Shown: one piece after another, positions 24,748-35,582 of the stretch
Position numbering within the stretch: position 1 is the first letter of the stretch
How the letters are laid out: the number at the start of each line of letters is the position of its first letter
Assembly (NCBI GenBank): GCA_022813965.1
Contig: JALDZS010000019.1
Coordinates: 62,001-126,000 of the forward strand
DNA: 64,000 bases
Source: Toensbergia leucococca
Lineage: Eukaryota
Direction: 5' to 3'
The notes under the pieces: generated by a model
Databases searched by the model: none
Told to the model about the DNA's origin: nothing
The model's input: only the letters and a program-made list of their open reading frames with translations
Position numbers and translations under genes: made by a program

Positions 24748-27249
24748 CTACCTAGCCACCAACTGATCACTTTCCCTCTCCCCTTCTACCTCACTCTCCT
24801 CCTCCCCCTCACTCTCGCTCTCTTCATCCTCCTCGCTACTCCCCTCTTCCGTACTCCCCTCCTCACTCTCTTCATCCAACCAATCATTCAACGACTTCTC
24901 TTTCCCACCCTCAAAAACAACCCCATTCGCCTTGCCCCCAATCCCCTCTCCCTTCAGCGCAATATCCAGCTTCTCCCCCGCCGGCACAGCTTTCCTCTCC
25001 CCATACTCCGCCTTTCCGACTCCTTCATCCCTTAGCCTTGCATCCGGCTCTTCGCCATCTAGCACCCATTCCGGTAAGTTTTCATAGCCGGGTAAGCCAG
25101 TCGGTCCGGCATCGCTGCCGATGACAAGGGTAGCTGACCCGAGTAATAGATCTTTGCGGCTTTGAGAGGGGCTGGGGGTGTGAGGAACGGGCTTGGGGGC
25201 TAGGAGGAGGAGGCTGGCTAGTTGGGTAGAGGCGGGGTTGGCGAGGAGGGCTTTGTAGAGGCGGGTGCGGTCGCGGAGGTCGTAGGAGGTGTCATAGCGG
25301 GCAAGGAGGAGAATGTAGCGCCAGAGGATGGAGATGGGGTGTTCGGGTTCTGGGTCTGGGTCTGGGGGTGATGGGGGCTGGGTGGGGCTGTAGGGGTTGC
25401 TTTCGAAACCACCTTCTTCGGTGGGAGATAGGGGCGTTGATGGGGGTTGGGCTTGGGACGGGGGAGGTCGGAGAGTTTCTTGGGTGCGATTCAAGTGGTG
25501 CACATATACTTTCGCTGCGAGGAGGACGATTTGGAGTTTTGCGGGTTCGGATTCGTCGGCGAAACCTTTGGCTAGGATTCGAAGGACGTCAGGGGCGATG
25601 TTGTCCTCGTCTGAAATGCCTGCGAATTCGCCGACGAGCCAGATGATGCTTGCTCTTGCTTGAGGATTTGAGGTTGTGTCTAAGTTCTTGGCTAGTCTGA
25701 TAACGGTTTTGATGTGGGATTGAGGATCTTGTTGGATTAGATGCCGGATGACTGTCAATGACTCTGCCACTAGGTTCCCATCTTGGCTGGACATCTGCTG
25801 GAACAGTAGCCTTAGGCAGCGTGCAGATGTTGTATTATCGATCTGGGCACATCGGCCAATAGCCCGGACACTTTCTTGCACTAGTTCACTTTCTGAAGCT
25901 CTTGTGAAATGTTCAAACTCACTTAGTATCAGTCCTTTCATGTGAGGTTCGCAGTGAGGGAACACCAATGTCAGAACCTCGAACTTGAGGCGCCACACAT
26001 GAGCAGGATCTGCAGCATGGACTAGAAAGTGACTGGCGTATTTCACAAAAGCTTCGGGCCGTACCAGACAGACGGCAACTATGTTGTATAATGCGATATG
26101 CTGTATATCTTGTGGACTCCGTAGCAAGGCTATCAGTGGCCCAATGGCCGAGTCGATGTACTCAGCGGTACCAAGATGGAGAAAACAGCGGACAACGGAA
26201 ACTACGACGGCTGAGTTGCGGCTCTGTAACAATGATTTACAAGCTTTAAGGAAAAGTTCGAGGTCAGGATCTAGAGTCTGGACTTGTTCTCCAGTATCAT
26301 CGACTTCTTCATCACTGGCTTCATCATCGTAAAAGCCTTTCTGTTTACTCTTTTTAAACTTCCGTGTCCTTCGAGGGAAACACCTCCGAGCGTAGATGGT
26401 CATTAGTTTCAAGGAGGCCAATTGGCCCCACTCATCCATATCCACCAGTTTTCTTACCAAAGCCCGATAATGTTTGTGTGTAAGGTCTATCCGGTCCGGA
26501 CAGACATCAAGAAAAGCTGTGATTGCAGATCCTACCACATAATATTGTTTATCTCCCAGTAGTACTGACAAATATTCGAGCAGCTGTGGTAAGGTATTCG
26601 GATCTAATCTGTAGCATTTGGGAATAGCCAAAGCGGCTGCTTTTCGGACGTAAGGACTCATATCTCCACATCCCCGCTTGATAGCGAGGGATACGATTTG
26701 GCTTATTACAGGTACTCTGATCCCTGACATGACTCTGAGAGCCATAGCTCGGACTTGAGGGTTTTGGTCGGTGAGGGACTTTTGAATAGTGTTAATGGAA
26801 AGTAAAGCAAGATCAGGCTCCGACTCAGCATAATGGAGTAGATAAATGTAGACAAGCTTCTTGATTTCGATGTTGGGGCTTGCAACATTCTTGACCACTG
26901 ATGAGAAGAAAGGCAGACAGGGTTTGGAGCGGTACATCATCTATACAGCCAACATCAGACAGCGCCCACCGAGGGAATCCACGTCATTCGTACGCTGATA
27001 ACCTTCCGCAAGCCTTCTAGTATTTCCCTATCATTACGGCTGTCCAGCAGCTTCTTGATCTGAAGAAATGGCAAGTCCCGTGTTGCAGGTCGAGTGGCAT
27101 AGCTTCGTGCCGTGCCAGCAGAATTTGCTGCTTCTAGAGTGAGGTCTCGTGCTGCCCATCCTTGGAATTAGTCGAGGCACGAGTGTTAGCACATTGGGAG
27201 AGAGCATGCCTGTTTCCAGCATAGAGGTGATCCTCGAAACAGACTCCAT
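24748..27249 (-). CDS. APL6: AP-3 adaptor complex subunit beta (multi-exon)
   Basis: MESVSRITSMLET, FFSSVVKNVAS, KKLVYIYLLHYAE, LALLSINTIQKSL, DMSPYVRKAAALAIPK, DMDEWGQ, LARYDTSYDLRDR, acidic tail. Confidence 0.95.
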
Positions 27250-27484
27250 CGTTGCTCCCACTCCTGAGTCGTTGGACGCAGGAAGCAGGTAAAGAGATTT
27301 CCGGCGCAGTTGGGAGTGGAAATGTGTGATTCGCTTCCAGGTCTCGAGACGTCACTCTTCACATCATTAGATCCATTAAATCCATTAAATCCACCATCCA
27401 CTCGACAATCCGCATTGCCAAACAACTAACAATTGAAGGGCTGACTGGGTGAATAGTAGCAGCACGCCTCTCCATCGCCATGAT

Positions 27485-28228
27485 ATGGCTTATGATCAAG
27501 TCCCCATAACTTTCCCTCCTGTCTACTCTACCAATTTCATCACCTACCTTCTCCACCGCCATATTGCCCCAACTACTCTGATCATCTGTTCATCACGGGA
27601 AACCTTTCTTGCAGACCTTCAAACTGCTATCCAGCACACTCACCCCCAAGAGCCATCCGCTCCCCCAGAGGCTTTACATCCCTTGCTGATTCCAACGCTA
27701 CAGCTTCTTGCAATTTCTCGCACTGTCCACCTTGCATTTACACCCACTTTACCCCATCTTAGAGCTTACCTTTCTACATACGTACCTCCTGATGGGGCTA
27801 CCACAGGTGCTCTTAGCTACAAGATGCCTAGAAGAAATCCAACACTCGCACTGCTGAACAGTATCAGTCTTCACCGTTCCACGACCGAGCACTCGGCTCA
27901 GGGGCTTTCTCATACTCTTGCCATAGGTGTCGAAGCTGCTAATCGCGCTGAAATGCAGCTAATAATTGCAGAGTCTCGGAAAATAGACGACAGCGATTCA
28001 TCCGTGGATGTGGATCTTGGTGGGAGCAGACCGTGGATCGACTATTGGAGGGAACAAGTGCCGTTATTGAGCTGTAGCATTGGGTTTGGGGTTGATAAAA
28101 GAGTCTCGACTGGACGCACAGTCGAGATTGGGAGTGTCTTGAGGAGGTGGTGCAGATTTGCCCAGTTGGAGGAAGGTAATGGCGTGGAGGAAGTAGAGAA
28201 GAGCTGGAGTGTCACTTTCATCGACTGA
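27485..28228 (+). CDS. Conserved-looking fungal hypothetical protein, possibly a degenerate RecA/Rad51-paralog fold
   Basis: Single ORF with globular-looking blocks PTTLIICSSRETFL, VHLAFTPTLPHLRAYLS, LALLNSISLH, SAQGLSHTLA, VLRRWCRF. Divergent from APL6. Confidence 0.75.
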   Translation: MAYDQVPITFPPVYSTNFITYLLHRHIAPTTLIICSSRETFLADLQTAIQHTHPQEPSAPPEALHPLLIPTLQLLAISRTVHLAFTPTLPHLRAYLSTYVPPDGATTGALSYKMPRRNPTLALLNSISLHRSTTEHSAQGLSHTLAIGVEAANRAEMQLIIAESRKIDDSDSSVDVDLGGSRPWIDYWREQVPLLSCSIGFGVDKRVSTGRTVEIGSVLRRWCRFAQLEEGNGVEEVEKSWSVTFID

Positions 28229-28937
28229 TGGCTCCTCCCGCCAGGACATGAGATATAATTTCCTTGAAGCAGCAGTGCGAACACCAACTTTGCGCAAGAC
28301 TGTGCTGCAGCATTTGAAGTCACTCTAGGGATGGCTCGAAAAATTGATACTTGACGTTAGGCAGGCACTCAGCTCTCGCATCTGATGAAGATATCCTCCC
28401 ACTCAGTATAGACATTGTCTGCCGTGCTTACTGTGAGCCCTCTACAGTCTTTGTGGCGCATTGCAATCTCTATTACTCGCAAGAATCAAGGGTCGATATT
28501 TGCTATGCTATGGTACGAGGGTTGTATCGTCTTATACCCCTAAATGTGTCGTCAAACCTGGCAATCATCTAGGAGCTCGTACCTATTATATCGTTGAATT
28601 CGGTGTACTAATAACACAGTAAGGGGGACTCGTGACTCAGGGGATTCCAAACGCTGGTATCATTTCTCACAGCTTTTGAACACATTTCATTTTTAAGCAC
28701 ACTGTGTTCATTTCGTACTGGAAGCTTCTGCAGCTTTGGTTACTCATAGCTGGGAAAAGTTTTGTGGGGAAGGAATGTATTCTATAAAGAGCAATATGGC
28801 ATTAAAACGACTTACGCTCTCGAACCTACCTAAACCTGTCGGAAAGTAGACGGAGGAACTCAAGCTATGACGAGCAAATCGAAAATGTACACATCAATAT
28901 AGCCTGAATCCCGTGATAAACAGCCAATCGTCTGTCA

Positions 28938-29978
28938 TCATCCACAGACACCAAATCCAAAATATGAATCCACAAAACCGGAGACAAGGTCTCTGTCATG
29001 TTCGCTTCCTGCTGTGCTCTGGTATCTGGACCAAGCTGCCCAGATCTCCGCTGGTGCGTCAGCTTCATCTAAGAGGAGACTTATTTGGATAAGATCGATG
29101 TGCGTCGGTGTTTCGTCTTGCAGATATTTCGCAGTGGTCAGGAAACCCACACGGAAAAAGGACTTTGCGAGGATAGGTATGGAGAGCTTTGGAAAAAATT
29201 CCATAGCTGATGGGTTAAGGAAATCGCAATTGCAGCACGTGTTACTATCCGAGCGGCTATCTAATTCCCAATTCGAGTCATCGTTTGACGGTAAAGACTT
29301 GTCGTTCATGGGATCTTCCGCTGAATCTCTAGCAATGTCGAAGAGTCTGTCGGCAAGGGTATCAGTCAACATGCCATCATAGGTTTTTGGATCCAAATTC
29401 CGAACCAAGTTGCAGTTTGACGCTGAGAAATCGTTATCCAAGGAATCTTCCACTAGATTGTTGACCATATCAATGAGTCTATCGGCAAGTAAGTCAGTCT
29501 CTGATTTATCTGATTCACCCTCGGAATCACCGTCGTACTCGTTGTCATGTACGGATAAGCGCTCTTCAACGTGAATGCTCTTCCCGGACACTGCTTGAGC
29601 AAAAGCACGAGGGTAGCTTGCGAGTGAAATTCCACCGCCAAACTCGCTGTCGACATGGCTGTCATCGTTGGACTCTCCGAAATCAGAGCTCTTCCCGAAC
29701 TTTGCTTGAGCAAAAGCACGAGGGTAGTCCGCTAGTGAAACTCCGCCACCAAACGCACCGTCGGAATCCCCATCGGTATCGCTGTCATCCACAGGCTCTT
29801 CAAACTTGCTGTTCCTGCCGAATTCTGAGGCAAGATATAAACTGTCAATCTTAAGACGGCGAACTGGGATTGCAGGTGGTGGTTTGGAAGCTGTCTGGGT
29901 GGTTGAATGAGAACTATATGATATTGGAATCAATAAGTCGGTCCTTTTAAGGATTTTGGGGCAAAATGGTTGTGCCAT
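28938..29978 (-). CDS. Acidic hypothetical protein with internal duplications
   Basis: 346-aa ORF; duplicated block FGGG[VI]SLA[DS]YPRAFAQA spaced 111 bp, and duplicated LADRL[IF]D; TATA-like sequence near 30118-30124. Confidence 0.6.
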   Translation of the reverse strand: MAQPFCPKILKRTDLLIPISYSSHSTTQTASKPPPAIPVRRLKIDSLYLASEFGRNSKFEEPVDDSDTDGDSDGAFGGGVSLADYPRAFAQAKFGKSSDFGESNDDSHVDSEFGGGISLASYPRAFAQAVSGKSIHVEERLSVHDNEYDGDSEGESDKSETDLLADRLIDMVNNLVEDSLDNDFSASNCNLVRNLDPKTYDGMLTDTLADRLFDIARDSAEDPMNDKSLPSNDDSNWELDSRSDSNTCCNCDFLNPSAMEFFPKLSIPILAKSFFRVGFLTTAKYLQDETPTHIDLIQISLLLDEADAPAEIWAAWSRYQSTAGSEHDRDLVSGFVDSYFGFGVCG

Positions 29979-30624
29979 GGGAACCGTCTGGTAGGTATGG
30001 GAAAAGGTCTTTCTCGCGGAGACTAGTTGTTGGTAAAGTGGCTGATCGGTAGGTTTGTGATAGCTTGGTTAAGGTACAAAGGGTTGAATGATCAAGCATG
30101 AGTAAGAATGAGGAGGATTATATAGCTTTTCTTCCATGGTGAGTGAAGCTTCTCGTCACTGTGTCTGTGTCTTAGACAAATCCATTGTCCGGAATTTCTG
30201 ATGCCGAACAATGATATCTTTCTTTGTCATGAAGAGACTGACGGACCAACTTGGAAAGAAGAGAAAGAAACAGAACCATGAATTGTGCCCTATTGTCACG
30301 GTCACTTCTTCTCCAAAACAAAGAGACACTTACGCATCCCCACTGATCCTTCTCGGCCCCTTTTCTCCCCAACCATCTCCCACCCGAACAAAGCCATCGC
30401 CCTTCTCCACTTCTGCACTCCCTCCTCCTCCTATAGCTCATCTTTTATAAAAGCTACGCCGAACCACTCTTTCCAATGCATTCCCACATCACATACTTTC
30501 AGAAAACTCTCCGGCGAAAGAAGAACGCAGTCACGGGTAAAAACCAAAAATACACCATCTCCTAATTCCAAACACTCCCATACCCACAGCCACAGCCAAA
30601 TCCAAAAACACTCCCCAAAAAAGC

Positions 30625-30840
30625 ATGTGCCACATCAACACCACCATCTACACCTGCGGCCACCAATCCACCGCCAAATTCGCCTTCTGCACCACCTATC
30701 GCTGCATTATGGTGGTCAAGCGCAGAGACATCCGTATCCCAAAGCTCTGCAGGGAGTGTGAGGAGAAGAGGGAGGAGGAGTGGGAGGTGCTGAGGGAGGC
30801 TTTGGGGGGTTGGGATGAGTGTGAATTGATTCTCCCGTGA
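30625..30840 (+). CDS. Small Cys-rich protein with one MC-x8-CGH...CxxC module
   Basis: MCHINTTIYTCGH-x8-C-x4-C-x14-CREC followed by an acidic helix; TATAAAA at 30446-30452; A-rich Kozak context. Confidence 0.65.
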   Translation: MCHINTTIYTCGHQSTAKFAFCTTYRCIMVVKRRDIRIPKLCRECEEKREEEWEVLREALGGWDECELILP

Positions 30841-31428
30841 GATACTGCCGGGCTATAAGTTGTAATTATATTTCCCTGCAAGATGATTCTTCGCGCTAGA
30901 GAGTGGTATCTTATATGCCAGATAGTAAAAGTACGCTCGTTTAACACGCTCTTGTAGAGCACACTCTTCCAAATCAAAATCAAACAAGCTTCCTTTACAG
31001 CTCCCAATCAGACCAGTTCGTTGATTCTTGCTACGTATATGACTTCTTCACAGGACAACTTCTCGGAATTTCGAAATACTTCTTGCATCCAATCGCAAAA
31101 CTTTTCTCAGTACAAACAGAAAACAGGAAGTTTGTGAGATGTGTTTAAGCAGTCAGGAGAGAGAGAATACCAGTATCATTGCAGGAGAATCTCCCCAATG
31201 CCCCTTGACGTACAAGTGTATCCCGGCCATCCGTAGTACAATCTGTAGAATCAAGCAAAGAGTTCATAAGAAAATAGTGGCAGAGCAGCTTACAAGCCAT
31301 AACCACCCTCCCCCTCAAAATACACGACTACCCGAATTCTGTACCTAACACTCCATGTATCCAATTGCATTCCTTCCCAAGAAAACGCCCATCATAAGAA
31401 AAAGAAAAACCCCCAAAAAGGCAAGCCT

Positions 31429-33545
31429 TCAAATCGACTGCTCCATCTCGGTGATATAAAGCTTGATATGCGAATCCATCTTCAAATACTCGTCATGCGC
31501 GGCATGGATTTCGTTCTCGATGTTTTCCTTCAAGTCGGCCATCTGTTGGGGGGTGGGGGGTAGAAAATTAGCACCAAACATCAAACATCTGCTCTGAAAT
31601 TGAAAATTTCCCAACTAGACAATACGAAGTTGAAAAGACAAAGCAGTAGTGAAATCAAAAAGTTCTTTCGGGGAAAAAACAAAAAACATACAACAGCTGG
31701 AATTCGCTGGTCGTCACCGACCCAACTACTAATCAGCCGATCTGAGTCTTGTGTATGGCAGAGCGGACGGGATGCCCAATTTTCCTCAGTCTATGGTCGT
31801 ATGTGGAAGAATAGTCCGAGAAAGTATTTATATACTCGTCGTCTGGCTCTGGCATATGTCGCGGAAAGAGACATGAATACCTTTAAAGTGCACAGCCAGC
31901 TCTTGGTAAAGCCCAACAATGACTATGCACTGGGAGGTACTCATGCTATCCTGATGGATGTTTCCATCTCCACAGTCGCAAGCATGCCATAGACCAATGG
32001 GATCACGACAAAGACGTCGAGACTGCAGAAATTGATCATCCCAACTCTTTCATACACAAGACTCAGGTCGGAAGATTAGTACTGAAGTCAATGACAATCA
32101 ACAAGTCCCCAGGTCGCTTTTAAAATTGATAGGAAAAGAATGCCACGCACCTTTTTCTCCGTCTGCTCAATCCTCACCCTCCTCCTCTCCATTTCTCTTC
32201 CTTTCTCTGCCCTCTCCTCGGTCAATTTCCGATGCACCGCTCTCAACTCCTCGGTCTTTTCTTTCGCTCCCAGCGTCTTTTCCCTACTCCCTTTCCTTAG
32301 GGTCTCGGTCCTCTCCATCCACCGTGTTAATTGTCGCTGCAACATCGCCTCTGTTCTCTCCACCTCTCTAACATTGTTACCCCTCTCGGACAATGCATCT
32401 CGCCGCTTTGCGGCCTTCACATTCTCCTCGTCTTCCTTGTGTAATTCGTTTGAGACCTCTTCCAAGACCTTTATACATGATCCAACGTCGTTGCTTACCA
32501 CCCCAAATGAATCCGCACTTGTTTGCAGCGCCCTTGTCCTCCTCTCGAGCGTATCGATTTGTACTCTATCCCTCCCAAGAGTGTCCGACAACTCGGTCAG
32601 CGTGGCTTGAAGTACCGCAGGCGATTGCAGAACATATGGTCGCAGCTTCTCGGATTCCTGTCGGATTCCCAGGCATCGCTCGGTCCTCTCCTCCAGAACG
32701 CCTGTCATTCTCCCTTTCTCACCCCTCACCCTCTCCAGACGCTCGGCTACACGCTCCTGCCCCTTTTTCAGTTCGAAGAGCCGTGCCTTGAGTTCATCGT
32801 TCCGCTTCGTCTTCTCTTTCATTTGACCCTCCATAGCTTTGCGCTCGCGCTTCATCTCATCTAGCCTTGCTTCCATGTCTTGATTCTCAAGGTAAAGCGT
32901 CTCGATGCGGGATTTAGTGGTCTCGGCTTTGTTAAAGTGTTCGTCAATAGTGGCAGTCTGTGACTCGCGGAAACGGACAAAATTGATGATGTAGGAGAAG
33001 ATTTTGACGAGTCGGTCATGGCTTGGTTTGAGAAGGTCTGAGAACGAGAAATCGGTGATGCCGCACTGGTTTGGTTAGTTTTCTGGACATGTATAACAAC
33101 TTCAGGTGCATATGTACTTCGACAAGTAGCTTTCTCAGTGAAACATAAAACCCCATGAGATTTCTCGTATCTGATGGCACAATCTCCATATGTTCCCCGC
33201 AAACATCTTCGGCTGCAGCGCGCATGGCAGGCTCAACCGTCTCGCGCGTTGCGTTCATAAGAAGTTCGGCGAACCATTCGAAGACTTTTTGGATCTGTTG
33301 CGGGTTGGGCTTTTGTAGGTCTTCGGGGGAGAATTGTACGCCAATATCGCTGATACATCCTGCGATTTCGCGGTCGGGCTAAACATAGGTCTGATCAGTG
33401 GATGGAGTTCACCGAAGGTATCTTGAGATTGAGAACTCACCAGGCGCATAAATGCATCACTGTCATCCTGGCGCTGTCTACCTCTGCCTCCATTGTTGGA
33501 ATTCTGCGAGCGAAATTGCTGGCTCATTCGAGCGTTAAAATCCAT
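31429..33545 (-). CDS. NUF2: Kinetochore NDC80-complex subunit Nuf2 (multi-exon; last intron 31543-32150)
   Basis: [73 protein letters not shown], a long coiled coil, and [29 protein letters not shown]. Confidence 0.93.
31727..32081. other. Long inverted repeat / candidate structured RNA inside the last NUF2 intron
   Basis: Arms ~31727-31785 and ~32025-32081 are complementary, with a perfect 16-bp core CTGAGTCTTGTGTATG (31742-31757) / CATACACAAGACTCAG (32051-32066). Nested inner helices are also present. Confidence 0.7.
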
Positions 33546-34166
33546 TTCACTACAGATGCAGCTGGATGTCTTGCAATTGAGTTCAGCAGCCGAAGAACAA
33601 TGGTAATGTTATCGAGTTACAGGCGTAGGTTGACTTGGATTAACATGTAAACAAAGCTAGTCTACATGTGGCTTGGGGATGCTAGAATAGCTCTAGTTCA
33701 AGATCTAGTCGCGTGGGGACTGGGGTGCTAAGCGGAAGTCTTTGAACGAATGAAAAGGACAACAATCCAACGACACCCAATCAACTTCGGACTCATATGT
33801 GACTACATAATATCATAGCCCCTGCATCTACAATCTCAGTATTGGCTCTTGAAGAACCGGCGCTGATCAATGCGAGTGGCCCAGGCGTCCATGGATACAG
33901 CCATCATCTTGGCCTGACTCACCTTCCTTACAGGCTAATTCGCCTTTACTATTTAGGGTATGCTTTTGAAAGCTCTCGAAAGGAAAAGAGCAACGCGCGG
34001 AATGAGGTTGGTTTTGACTGCAACGGATTTCATTCAGAGCCAAGAGGAAGAGAACACTTCTTTCAAATCCGGAATTATCTAGCAGATAGGACGAAAACAT
34101 AATACCCTGCTAAAGCCCACATGGCGCCCTTACATATCGCTTTCTGAAGTCAAAAGCTCAGACCAT

Positions 34167-34508
34167 CTATTCCTTCTCCACAAAATCGCACCCCGCAAAC
34201 TTCTCCTCAAACCACTCTATCATTACCTCCGCCTCCGCTTTCAAATTCCTCTTTTCCTGCTCCACTCTCTCCTCCCTCCATTGATACCGTCGCGCTTGGA
34301 GTTGCAGAACGTGGTTTTTTGCTTCGCCGGTGCGGTAGATCGTTGCGAGGGTGAGGTGGTAGCAGTAGGGGCAGTAGGGACGGCGGGTGAGAGGAATTGA
34401 GAGGTGGGTGGTTTGGTGGCGGGGTTGGTGAGGGGAGGGGCAGGGTATGCAGATGGCGTAGGCGCGGTGGGTGCAGAGGGCGTGGACGTGGGTGGCTTTG
34501 ATGCACAT
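34167..34508 (-). CDS. Small Cys/His-rich protein, MC-x9-CxH...CxxC module plus a charged helix
   Basis: MCIKATHVHALCTH-x8-C...CPYC; TATAAAT on the minus strand at 34591-34597. Confidence 0.6.
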   Translation of the reverse strand: MCIKATHVHALCTHRAYAICIPCPSPHQPRHQTTHLSIPLTRRPYCPYCYHLTLATIYRTGEAKNHVLQLQARRYQWREERVEQEKRNLKAEAEVMIEWFEEKFAGCDFVEKE

Positions 34509-35582
34509 TGAGGGTTTTAAGTGGTTAGGAGTATGTTTTTGTGCGGGAGCAGGGAAGAGGGGGGGAGAGCGTGTATCAGCGCGAGCTGGGATTTATACCA
34601 GGAGGTGAGAGGGGTGTTTTTTTGGGCGCGAGGAGGAATTGCGTTTTGAAGTATGATTGATGAGAAAGGAGGTCTGAAGAATGAGAAGAGAGGCGAATCA
34701 TAATGAACAATGGGATACTTCTCAAGGAAGACAAAGAGAGAACAATGATAGCAGATGAGAAAAGAGGAGAATTGAAAGAAAAGACGATAATCGCATTCAC
34801 CCTGAACAAAGAGTGTTCCATTATTCAGATCCATCGGCTTCCTCGCTATCTTTTTCTTCTCAAACAAAGTCATACACATGCACACAACAAATCCTTGAAA
34901 TGGAGTCTGAAACCTACGACGAGTCCTTCTGGGGCCACATGGCGGAGCAGAAGACGTTGAAGGAGGCTTTAGACAAGACGCGGAAGACGTTGGAGATGCT
35001 GAAGGAGTAGTAGGCAAATAGGGACTGTTTGAAATTGAAGCGTGCGTGTGCCTGTAGTATCTATGATGTCTGGATTTTTGGCCGCACTAATTGGTAATCT
35101 GTCCTCACAATCCTAGTCTTGCTAAATGAGTAATCAAATGACTTTCCTTTGATATTTGAGGCCGAGATTGCTTCGTGCTGCTCGTAATTGTCGATTGTAT
35201 TGCTATTCAATCTCTATCTTGCTGCTACCCTTGCAAAAATTGCAACGACCGTTATCTCAGCCTGTCCAGTGGGACGAAACCAGGTAGGGAGGTGGGGAGG
35301 TAGGTACCTACCTTACCTACCTACCTTAGGGAACGTACCTAGCTTGGCTCGCTTGGGTGAAATGAGCAAGATAAGCGAGATAACAGATCTTGTTTCGCTT
35401 GTCTATTCTAGTCCACGGGAGCTAAGAGATAAGGTGTCATGCATAAATGATAAACGATAAACGGTGATGCATGGTGGGGCTCGTTCCAACGTAAACAAAC
35501 TAAAAACACTATTTTTGCAATTTTTGCAATTTTGTGCTTTTCCAATATCACCTCACTTTCCTTACCTTTTGCAAAAGCAATC

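Noticed and set aside
35283..35345. GTAGGTACCTAC palindrome with CTAC/GTAG repeats
   Set aside because: Short simple-sequence patch; no TIR/TSD structure.
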